This document shows, in pieces, positions 56,098 to 64,000 of a stretch of DNA of 64,000 bases. Below the pieces are notes generated by a model that was not told the DNA's origin, ran no database searches, and saw nothing but the letters and a program-made list of their open reading frames with translations. This stretch comes from a virus: IMG/VR virus record IMGVR_UViG_3300045971_000528, positions 32,001-96,000 of that record, one strand, 5' to 3'. Numbering within the stretch: position 1 is the first letter of the stretch; every line of letters starts with the position of its first letter. A program made the position numbers and the translations under genes.

Positions 56098-57114
56098 TCA
56101 TGTCAGGTAGTCCACGATTTGCTTGACGCGTTGTTCGACTGTGCCACCCACGTAGAGCGGGTGAAGACCACGATGTTTGAGCATTGTACCATACCAGAGC
56201 CAGGCACGGTCACGGAACTCAGGACTCTCCCGCGTTCCGTCCTGCTCGAATGGGATCTCGTTGCCGCACATGATGTAGTGGCTGTACGGCCGTTCGGAGA
56301 GTTCGCGAAGGCGCGGCGAAACGTGGCTGTTGAAGAGCTCCTTGCTGTACCACATCGTGGTCAGTGGAGTCGTGTCGCACACCAAGAACCCCTTCGCTTG
56401 ACGTGCGATCTTCCGTTCCTCGTCAACCTGCACTTCCGCGATCTTCAGCATGTCGTTGTAGCAAAGTTGGTCCGTCCCTCCGATTCGCTCGGTTAGTGTA
56501 CGTCCATATTCGGGCACCCAGGCTGTGCCCAGGGCGTCAGCAAGCGCCTTGGCCAGTGTCGTTTTGCCACTGGATTCACCACCCAGGATGGCGATTCGGG
56601 GCACCAAGCTGGCCTGCACGAATTGGCTGACGTTTGGAATCTGGCCTGGAATACCGCGCCGTGCTTCGGTGCCGCTGATGGGGAATACCTTGCGTTCCAA
56701 ATCTACGCAGATGTGATCCACCTGGTGCGACACGAAGAACCGGTCTTGGTAGTAGTCCATCGCGAACTTCGCAAACCCGTCGCCGTATTCCTCGCTCGTG
56801 AAGATGGCGTTGACTACCGCATCACAGCTGTCGATGCAGAAATTCAGGCAGAACTGGCGATGGTAGTCAGCGTCCTCGTGATCGAACGGAATGTAGTTCG
56901 GCTCGAGCACGTAGATCTCGACATGCTTCAGGTGGCCAAAGGAGGTGTTCAGCCAGAAGCGCCGCTCATCAGCGTGGCAACCAGGATGTACGAGGTCGGT
57001 GTAGCTGAGCACGATAAGCCGCTCGCATTGGCCAGCCGCCGTGCTGATGAGGTACTCGTGACCAACCGTGAGTGGGCAGAACTTGCCGACGACGAGACCG
57101 GTTCCGTACATCAT
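56098..57114 (-). CDS. nadR: NadR-type NMN adenylyltransferase / ribosylnicotinamide kinase
   Basis: GKFCPLTVGH, ISGT, GGESSGKTT, EYGR, CDT motifs. Confidence 0.9.
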   Translation of the reverse strand: MMYGTGLVVGKFCPLTVGHEYLISTAAGQCERLIVLSYTDLVHPGCHADERRFWLNTSFGHLKHVEIYVLEPNYIPFDHEDADYHRQFCLNFCIDSCDAVVNAIFTSEEYGDGFAKFAMDYYQDRFFVSHQVDHICVDLERKVFPISGTEARRGIPGQIPNVSQFVQASLVPRIAILGGESSGKTTLAKALADALGTAWVPEYGRTLTERIGGTDQLCYNDMLKIAEVQVDEERKIARQAKGFLVCDTTPLTTMWYSKELFNSHVSPRLRELSERPYSHYIMCGNEIPFEQDGTRESPEFRDRAWLWYGTMLKHRGLHPLYVGGTVEQRVKQIVDYLT

Positions 57115-57827
57115 TCCACCTTCATGTTCTGAACGCGCTCGTTCACGATCTTGTTGATCCAGGCTTCGTTCGCCTCAGAGAGCGGCACCGTCTTCCCATC
57201 TTCCTGATCATCGAACAGATCGAGCCAGTGGCGCCATGCAACGATCGCGTTCACCCAGCAGACAGCGTAGAGAGCGGCCGACAGGTACAGCTCACGATAG
57301 AAGTAGAGCGGCACAGACAGCGTGTTGACGAGCAACCACACTGGCCAGTTCTCGATCTTGCGGCGCATCAGGAGCAGCTGACCGACGATGCTGAATGTGA
57401 GCACTAAGCTGTCGATACCGGGTGACCATGCATCAGTGAACGTGTTGAGCAAGTAGCTGTAGCCGGCGGCGACGAGGATGGCAATTCCAGCCATGATCGC
57501 AAGGGTCTTCGGTTCAGTCTTCGTGATCGGCAGTTCACCATTGCCATTGCGCTGGTCATCGCCGACAGTCAGGAGACCGCCAGTGTTCTCGATTGACATT
57601 CTGGACTTCTTGACCCATGCCACCCAGCCGATGATGCCGGTAGCGACGAAGAAGATCTGCAACGTGGCGTCAGCGTAGAGCTTGGCGTCGAAGAACACCT
57701 TGCCGTAGAGGACGCAAGCGAGGATGCCGATCCACCACGTGTGGATGTTGTTGCGACCGGCGAGGATGATGCAGGCAGCAGTCGTGATGACTGCTGCCCA
57801 TTCGTAGTAGGTGGTACCGAGGAACAT
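57111..57827 (-). CDS. pnuC: nicotinamide riboside transporter
   Basis: LYADATLQ, GW..W, DS, KIENWPVW.LVN motifs; adjacent to nadR. Confidence 0.9.
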   Translation of the reverse strand: MFLGTTYYEWAAVITTAACIILAGRNNIHTWWIGILACVLYGKVFFDAKLYADATLQIFFVATGIIGWVAWVKKSRMSIENTGGLLTVGDDQRNGNGELPITKTEPKTLAIMAGIAILVAAGYSYLLNTFTDAWSPGIDSLVLTFSIVGQLLLMRRKIENWPVWLLVNTLSVPLYFYRELYLSAALYAVCWVNAIVAWRHWLDLFDDQEDGKTVPLSEANEAWINKIVNERVQNMKVE

Positions 57828-57837
57828 GGTGCGTCTT

Positions 57838-58188
57838 TCAGATGATTTCAGGATTGAAGTACTTGACGGTGACGTCGTGTAGACCGGCGTGGTACACTTC
57901 GCCCTTGACGCCGACCGAGGTTTCCCAGCCGTCGAACTGAAGAACCCAGACTTCGTCTGAGCGCTCAATCATCACGCGACAGTGCTGACCCCATTCTTCC
58001 CACGTCGCGGCAGTGCTCGGCATGAAGCGAAGCAACTGGTAGTCCTGCACCATCGGCGCCCAAAACGTGATGTCTGGAAACCGCATTTGCAGCGCAGCGA
58101 ATGCACGAAGGAACGACTCGTTCAGGGCGCCATCAGTGACGGTGCCCTTGGTCGGGATCGCGATGAAAACCAGTTTCCGCTTGCTCAT
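57838..58188 (-). CDS. DUF1937 / nucleoside deoxyribosyltransferase-like protein
   Basis: VFIAIP, SDEVWVL..DGW..S.GV..E. Confidence 0.7.
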   Translation of the reverse strand: MSKRKLVFIAIPTKGTVTDGALNESFLRAFAALQMRFPDITFWAPMVQDYQLLRFMPSTAATWEEWGQHCRVMIERSDEVWVLQFDGWETSVGVKGEVYHAGLHDVTVKYFNPEII

Positions 58189-58583
58189 GTCAGACCTCGA
58201 CGTGTTTGACGATCGTGTGAATCTTTTGCTTCAAGAGCCGCTCTTTGTGCGTCTGTCTGATGCAGTACTTGAGCGTGTCTTCGGCCTCTTCCAACGTATC
58301 GCCAGGACCCACGAACGAATTCGTGCCGATGTAATGGAAGCCGACGTCTTGCCAGAAGAAACCGTAGACCTTCATCTGCGTTCTGAACACGGTGGTTCCG
58401 TCGCCGTGGTCAGTTCGTCGGATGCGAAATTCGTGGCTCATGGGTTTCTCGGTTGGCGCGATTCGAACGGGGTGCCTTTGTCCCAGATGATGTCATCGTC
58501 CTGGGGCTTTCGCTCGGGCTGAGCGGGTGGGGACTCGAAGGGCGTACCCTTGTCCCACACCCTCTTGTCGTCCTGTTCCACGA

Positions 58584-59165
58584 TCAGAACGAGTAGAACA
58601 GCATCGTGACGACGCCTTGCTGGGTCGTGCCGTACTGCCAGATGCGCGAGTACCCGACACGAGCCGTGACCTTCTCGGTCAGCGTGACGTCCACGCCGAA
58701 CTGTACCCTGTTCTGGCTCGCGATGCCGTACTTGTTCAGGCCCTTCATGTGCGAAACGCTGACATAGCCATTGGCCGCCTTGCACAGCGGGAAGCCAGCT
58801 TCGACGGAACCGAGGGCGTAGTGGCCGGTGGCCGCGGTACCATCAGGCTGCTCGATGTTGCGCATGTCGCCGAGGGCCAGACGTGGAAGCAGCGTGACCT
58901 TGCCGAGGGTGATCACCGGCGTGGTGTAGCCGACCTCGAAGCCGTTCAGATTGTCGACGTAGCCAGGGCCGGAAGCACGAACGCCTTGGGCGTAGCCGTC
59001 GATCGTGCCATACTTGCCACCGTACGAGAGGCCGGTGGCCCAATACGTGGAGCGATCACTCGTGCCGTTGTACCGGTGGTAATCGACTTCGGCGATGGCC
59101 GTGACTTGGGCGAAAGAGGAAGTGGCCAAAACGGCCAAAGCCAGAGCTGAGAAGATCTTCTTCAT
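58584..59165 (-). CDS. outer-membrane beta-barrel protein
   Basis: Signal peptide, alternating strands, C-terminal YSF. Confidence 0.75.
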   Translation of the reverse strand: MKKIFSALALAVLATSSFAQVTAIAEVDYHRYNGTSDRSTYWATGLSYGGKYGTIDGYAQGVRASGPGYVDNLNGFEVGYTTPVITLGKVTLLPRLALGDMRNIEQPDGTAATGHYALGSVEAGFPLCKAANGYVSVSHMKGLNKYGIASQNRVQFGVDVTLTEKVTARVGYSRIWQYGTTQQGVVTMLFYSF

Positions 59166-59228
59166 GGTGTACCTTGTTGAGATGAATGATTGTATACCAG
59201 GGTGTCCGAAATGTACACCCTGAACTTG

Positions 59229-59540
59229 TTACCGACGTGAGAACTTGAAGTTCGCTTCGTACGTCTCGCAGTACGCAGGTTTGTCGTACTCGACCTTCCA
59301 GCCAGCCTTCTCGTAGAACGGTTCGAAGTCGAGCCAACCACTCGAGTAGATCAGGCTCTTGTGCAAGCCTGGGCTTGCGGCACAGATCCGATCACAGATG
59401 TCCTTCTGAAGGAGCGTGACATACCCGCTCTTCGTCATCTTCTCGGCGAGCATGTTGTTCACCGTCTCGATGACGACATCGGGGATGTTCGTGATCTTCA
59501 GATCGAGGGCGCCTTGTGGGCTGATAGGTTCAACGGCCAT
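59229..59540 (-). CDS. conserved phage hypothetical protein
   Basis: WLDFE..Y..AGWKVEYDKPAY.E. Confidence 0.7.
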   Translation of the reverse strand: MAVEPISPQGALDLKITNIPDVVIETVNNMLAEKMTKSGYVTLLQKDICDRICAASPGLHKSLIYSSGWLDFEPFYEKAGWKVEYDKPAYCETYEANFKFSRR

Positions 59541-59550
59541 GATGGTCTCC

Positions 59551-61074
59551 TTAGACAGCCGCAGATTCGCGGACCTGGTCGATGTTCACCTTGTTGTACA
59601 GGCGGCCAGTGTGCAGCACGAGGCGATGCACGTCTTCCCAACCTTCCGGCACTTTGGCGTTGTCCAGGCGGAACGGCTTTGTTTCGCGGGTCTTCAGGCT
59701 GCGGATGGTGGTCATCACGCCTTCTTTGGACTTCTTGCCTGGATCGGTGATCGGGTCCTTGGCAATGCCTTCCCACTTCTCCATCATGGCACCACCGTGG
59801 GCTCCGACGACCAGCTTCTCGACCAGAATGGCAGAGCCTTTTTGCGCCCACTTCAGCGTATCGCGGTTCACCTTCTGAAGCAGCGCACCGCCGGAGCCGA
59901 ACACGACCGACGAAGCGACGAAGCCCATGGCCAGGATGTTGCCGATCAGCGTGAGCATGTTCAGGCGGTCCACGCCGTCACCTTGGATGATGCCGACGTT
60001 GTTGATGACCTTGTAGCCCTTCTCGTTCACGGTGAAACCGAACGACTCGGCTTGCAGGCGGACCAGCCAAGGCACGATCTCCATCATGTCGCCACTGTCA
60101 GGGCGGAACACGACCTTCGCCTTCGACTCGATGATGTCCTCGCGGAAGCCGCCTTCGGCACGAGGGGCGCACAGGCGCTGAGCACAGCGCTTCGTGTCCT
60201 TGCCGTCGATCACGATCGACAGGATCGAACCTTCCACTGCGTTCGCGAGCATCGCCTTGATGTACTCGCCTTCACCTTCCACGTCCAGACCGAACGAGCA
60301 CTCGACGCTGTGCTCGGTGGCGAACACCGAGAACGCCGACATCGGGCTGTCGTAGTAGAAGTTCATGGCCAGCACACCTTCGACGGTGTCCGAGCCCATG
60401 TAGTTCACCAAGTGCGCAGCACCGCCGACTTCGGCTTGTTCACCGCAGGAGACACCGCGACCGCCGAAGTCGTGCAGCGAGAACGGCAGGAGTTCCATTG
60501 GAGCACCGCTGATCTCGTAGAACCGCTTCATCTCGATCTTGCTGTCACGGTCCAGGGACGCGATCGTCGACGGGTACCAGACACCACGGAGGATCACGGT
60601 CTCGAACCCGCTGGACATCCAGAACAGGTCTTCGTCGAGCACAGTCACCGAGTACACGGGATCGCCACCGGACAGAACGGTGCCGTCCGGAGCAGCGCGA
60701 ACGATCAGCGGAGGGAACCCGCCGTACACGTTCACGACCTTCTCCCACGAAGCGCGGTCGAACAGCGGCCGGCCGAAGTGGGCGATCGCGAACTGCTCAG
60801 CAGCGTCGATGTGGGCCATCGTGATCGGCTTCGAGAAGAACTTCGCGAACAGCATCTGAATGCCGAACACGGTGATCTTGATGGCGCTCGGCACACGGGC
60901 TTCGCCGTAGCTGGTCATGCCCTTCACGCGCTTCAGCTTCTTGAGCTGCTTGAACATGAAGGGGTGGGTGAACTTGTACGAGTCGGTACGGCAGATCAGG
61001 GAGATCTGGAGTTCATCGAGGGCCGTCCATTGAATGTCGGACGGTTGCGGGGTGAAGATGTTCATCAGAGACAT
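59551..61074 (-). CDS. nadV: nicotinamide phosphoribosyltransferase
   Basis: TDSYK..H, LHDFGGRG, ATEHS, RPDSGD, IQGDG, FGSGGALLQ, KDPITDPGKKSK. Confidence 0.95.
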   Translation of the reverse strand: MSLMNIFTPQPSDIQWTALDELQISLICRTDSYKFTHPFMFKQLKKLKRVKGMTSYGEARVPSAIKITVFGIQMLFAKFFSKPITMAHIDAAEQFAIAHFGRPLFDRASWEKVVNVYGGFPPLIVRAAPDGTVLSGGDPVYSVTVLDEDLFWMSSGFETVILRGVWYPSTIASLDRDSKIEMKRFYEISGAPMELLPFSLHDFGGRGVSCGEQAEVGGAAHLVNYMGSDTVEGVLAMNFYYDSPMSAFSVFATEHSVECSFGLDVEGEGEYIKAMLANAVEGSILSIVIDGKDTKRCAQRLCAPRAEGGFREDIIESKAKVVFRPDSGDMMEIVPWLVRLQAESFGFTVNEKGYKVINNVGIIQGDGVDRLNMLTLIGNILAMGFVASSVVFGSGGALLQKVNRDTLKWAQKGSAILVEKLVVGAHGGAMMEKWEGIAKDPITDPGKKSKEGVMTTIRSLKTRETKPFRLDNAKVPEGWEDVHRLVLHTGRLYNKVNIDQVRESAAV

Positions 61075-61122
61075 TGCAAGCTCCTTGCAGTTAAAGCCGA
61101 ACTCGGTGTTCGGCGGTTGGAA

Positions 61123-62316
61123 TTACTGGTCGATCTGGGCTTCTGCCCAACCGATGATGCGGTCGTGATCCTCGAAGATGAGATGCGTGTTGGAAGAGAC
61201 CCACTCGAGACGCTTCCACTCGGCGGCGAATGTCTCGACTGTTTCCTTGCCGTTGGATTCGTAGGCAGGGACGAGTTGTCCTGACACCTTCGGCAGTGGC
61301 TTCGTGTCGTCGAGGCGCATCAGGTACGCTACCGTGATGATGCGCCCGCGCTCCGAGCGGTTGGGGTCGTCGAAGATCTCCTTGCCGCGGATGGCGCCGT
61401 CGAGCATCTTCTTGGTGATCTCTTCAGCGTTCTTGCCCGTCGTCAGGCGAATGCCGGTTTCTTCCAGCGCTTCGCGAACAGCGGCAGCACGAATGCGCTC
61501 ATGCTGGTTCACGTAGCCGCCAGGCAGGGCCCAGAGACCGTAGCCCGGCTGGTTGGCCCGCTGGATCATGAGCACGTGACCCGACTGGATGATGACGGCG
61601 TCGGCGGTGTTGAAGGTGACGGGGTGCGGGGAGCCGGCCCACTTCTCCTTGCCTTCCTTGATGAAGGCATTCTGCACCCGCAGGGCGCCGAGTTCCTCAG
61701 GCTGCTTGCGAATGAAGGAGGTGATGAAACCTACCGTGGTTTTGGGCAGCTTCTGTTGCAAGACCGCAAGGTCGGCATCGCTGAACTGCACACCATTTGT
61801 AGTGATCAGAATGTCGCTTTCATAGAGCACACGACGAACACTGGTGGCGCTGAGGTCGGCGTCGGTGCCAGGCTTGTGCTGCAGCGCAGGGACGAGATCC
61901 TTGTTCCAGTGAGGGAAGGCCTCGAGGTACCAGGTGGTGTCATCACGGTCAGAGCCGGTGATGGTCACGTCGGTGAGGATCTCGTTGCGTGCGAGACAGA
62001 ACTTGTTCATCGCGTTGTGCACGGTGGCTTGCACTGACTTGATCCACATGTTGTTGGATGCGAAGTCGCGCATGGGCAGCACAACGAGATTGCCGATGGT
62101 GTCGGTTTGGAGAGACCAGTCGGTCTTCCATGTTTCGATCATGTCTTTCCGTTCCGCGTACGTGAACGGGTTCTTGGGCATGCGAGGCTGAAAAGCCGAG
62201 CCCACGAGAACGATGACGAGCTTGTATTTCTTGAGTGCCTGTTCCAGCACGTAGGCATGGCCTAGGTGGAAAGGGTTGAAGCGTCCGATGTAGACGCCGA
62301 CGTCCGTGTTTGCCAT
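61123..62316 (-). CDS. bifunctional NMN adenylyltransferase / Nudix ADP-ribose hydrolase (NadM-Nudix)
   Basis: IGRFNPFHLGH, KNPF, SAT..R, Nudix box GG...AAVREALEETG, FEDH. Confidence 0.93.
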   Translation of the reverse strand: MANTDVGVYIGRFNPFHLGHAYVLEQALKKYKLVIVLVGSAFQPRMPKNPFTYAERKDMIETWKTDWSLQTDTIGNLVVLPMRDFASNNMWIKSVQATVHNAMNKFCLARNEILTDVTITGSDRDDTTWYLEAFPHWNKDLVPALQHKPGTDADLSATSVRRVLYESDILITTNGVQFSDADLAVLQQKLPKTTVGFITSFIRKQPEELGALRVQNAFIKEGKEKWAGSPHPVTFNTADAVIIQSGHVLMIQRANQPGYGLWALPGGYVNQHERIRAAAVREALEETGIRLTTGKNAEEITKKMLDGAIRGKEIFDDPNRSERGRIITVAYLMRLDDTKPLPKVSGQLVPAYESNGKETVETFAAEWKRLEWVSSNTHLIFEDHDRIIGWAEAQIDQ

Positions 62317-62423
62317 GTCGAGCTCCTCGATTAGCGGGTTGTGCAGTGTCGGATCGTTTCCGTCTGCTTGGTATTTATTGCATTCTACACCAGTTGCGCA
62401 CTGGTGTATGGCGTTCGTTCAGG

Positions 62424-62840
62424 TCATTGGTAGACCATGAAGTAGTTCGCCTCGAGGTGCTGTGGCAGGATGCCGCAGGCCTTGCCTTCGGACTGTTCCT
62501 TGCACTGGAGGTATGCACCCTTGACCGCTTCGCCGACCGTCGGGCTCAGGCTCATGCCGATGGCGCCGCCATCTTCCGAGTGGCTGATGGCAAACCATCC
62601 AGCCCGGTCTACGTTCATCACGAGCTTGCATGGTCCCGGGAATTCCTTGGCGTTCTTCGCCTGGAATTCCTTGCAGTTCTTGAGCGCGCTCTGGGCCGCC
62701 TGGGCCGCATCGTCAGCACGCACGGTGAAGAAATACCGGATGTCATTCTTGTTCACCAGGGCGGTGAGGGCAATGCCAGTACCGGCAAAAGATGCGGAGG
62801 CGGCAAGCGCCAGCGAAACGGCAAGCAAAATCTTCTTCAT
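62424..62840 (-). CDS. secreted Cys-containing protein (DUF4189-like)
   Basis: Signal peptide; repeated A...A...C....C motif. Confidence 0.55.
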   Translation of the reverse strand: MKKILLAVSLALAASASFAGTGIALTALVNKNDIRYFFTVRADDAAQAAQSALKNCKEFQAKNAKEFPGPCKLVMNVDRAGWFAISHSEDGGAIGMSLSPTVGEAVKGAYLQCKEQSEGKACGILPQHLEANYFMVYQ

Positions 62841-62898
62841 GACAAGCTCCTTGGGGATCGCCCCCACTGTGGTTGCCTCAGGGCCGCTGAGGCGCCGG

Positions 62899-63330
62899 TT
62901 ATTCGTTGGTTGCGATTTTCAGTTCGATCGCCTTCTTGATCAGCTTCTCTAATGTCTGCTGATTTGGAAACGCGCGATACACTGGCGTCTCTCTCGGTTG
63001 GACCAGAAATGTCAGGTACGTCTTGATCTTGTTGTCTTCAAACCGCACGATCAAGCGGCTGTATATCGAATCGTCGCAGGCATCCTTGACAAGGCGCAGG
63101 TCGGCGTATCGCATCATCACCGCCCGATCAAACTGGATGTTGGCTATCCAGCATTCACCGGTAGATTGATCGGCATGCAGGCCGAGATTGAAGCAAGCGT
63201 CCTGCTTCTCTGGCACCACCAACTTCAATGTCGGCCAGCTATGCTCCGCCAACACCTCATCGATGTGGGCAGCTTGGGCTGTGGCGGTGATTGTGCAGAG
63301 AAGCAGAGCGGCGAGTGGCTTCATGATCAT
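62899..63330 (-). CDS. secreted hypothetical protein
   Basis: Signal peptide. Confidence 0.6.
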   Translation of the reverse strand: MIMKPLAALLLCTITATAQAAHIDEVLAEHSWPTLKLVVPEKQDACFNLGLHADQSTGECWIANIQFDRAVMMRYADLRLVKDACDDSIYSRLIVRFEDNKIKTYLTFLVQPRETPVYRAFPNQQTLEKLIKKAIELKIATNE

Positions 63331-64000
63331 TGTAGGTTGGTTGCTATGATGTCATTATACCATGTTTGCCGCTGAGAAGTAGTTACGAGGTGTAACGACT
63401 CACCTGCCGGCCTGGGCCATCACTGCTGCGGAGAACTCCTCGATGAGCGAGGCGAGCGAGGCGTCGTCGAGATCAGCCAAGTAGATCTTCGGCAGACCCT
63501 GAATGCCGTCTTGTTTGCGGCCCGCAGGCATGTCCAAGTAGACAAATTCGGGCACTTCGAAAGGCTTGATGGGGAGGGAAAGGGTGGCCATGTCAGGTCC
63601 TTAGAAAATGGGGTAGAAGAGATCGCGCATCTGTTGATCGATGCGCCGGCGCCAGCCGATGCGCGGGCCACCACAGAAGCGGCAGCGAGCGCGGTACATG
63701 GCACGGGTCATGCTGTGGCCTTCTGCACTGGCACACGGCGAACAGTGGCGCCGCTCGAGGTCTTGATGATCTCGACGCCCGTGTCAGTCGGCTTCTTGAC
63801 AGCGGTGCGCTTCACGCCGGCCACGCCCTTGGCGATGGCTTCGCGGGCCTTGACGACGACGTCAGACGTGGATTCGGCAGGCTTGTTGTTGCCGCGATTG
63901 GCCTTGGAACGGATGCCGCTCTTGTTGGTGAGACGGCCACCGACGATCCAGGACAGCTCCATCAGTTCCTTCTTGACCGAGCGGAAGTTGCTCGAGGCCT

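Noticed and set aside
59416-61284. 622-aa plus-strand ORF
   Set aside because: Shadow of the clearly identified nadV gene
1-64000. Genome-wide TAG recoding suggested by the suppressor tRNA
   Set aside because: Recognisable genes are full length and densely packed under code 11; only one in-frame TAG case was found
1-64000. CRISPR array or rRNA
   Set aside because: No regularly spaced repeats or rRNA signatures seen

Overview
A 64-kb segment of a large (jumbo-type) dsDNA phage. Almost all genes are on the minus strand, tightly overlapped, and driven by two promoter classes: sigma70-like TGTACA-N16/17-TAnAAT and a T4-late-like TAAATA(G). An MHFG-type PEP-CTERM gene hints at a betaproteobacterial host. 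Contents: (i) three tandem arrays of small paralogous genes sharing an N-terminal M-[KR]-[LVI]-x-E-[LIV] leader, reminiscent of T4 capsid-targeting sequences; (ii) an RNA-rich region (about 32-44 kb) with about 25 canonical tRNAs, several atypical tRNA-like RNAs, an RNase P RNA, six Y RNA-like paralogs and an rrn-type boxA. It is preceded by a putative attenuator whose leader peptide samples the codons of the downstream tRNAs; (iii) a translation-rescue locus (about 52-54 kb) with a Pth2-like peptidyl-tRNA hydrolase gene interrupted by an in-frame amber codon at codon 3, an amber-suppressor tRNA and a circularly permuted tmRNA; (iv) NAD salvage genes (NadV/Nampt, NadM-Nudix, NadR, PnuC), a CCA-adding enzyme, envelope proteins and two homing endonucleases. 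All calls come from reading the sequence by eye. No database searches or folding programs were run.
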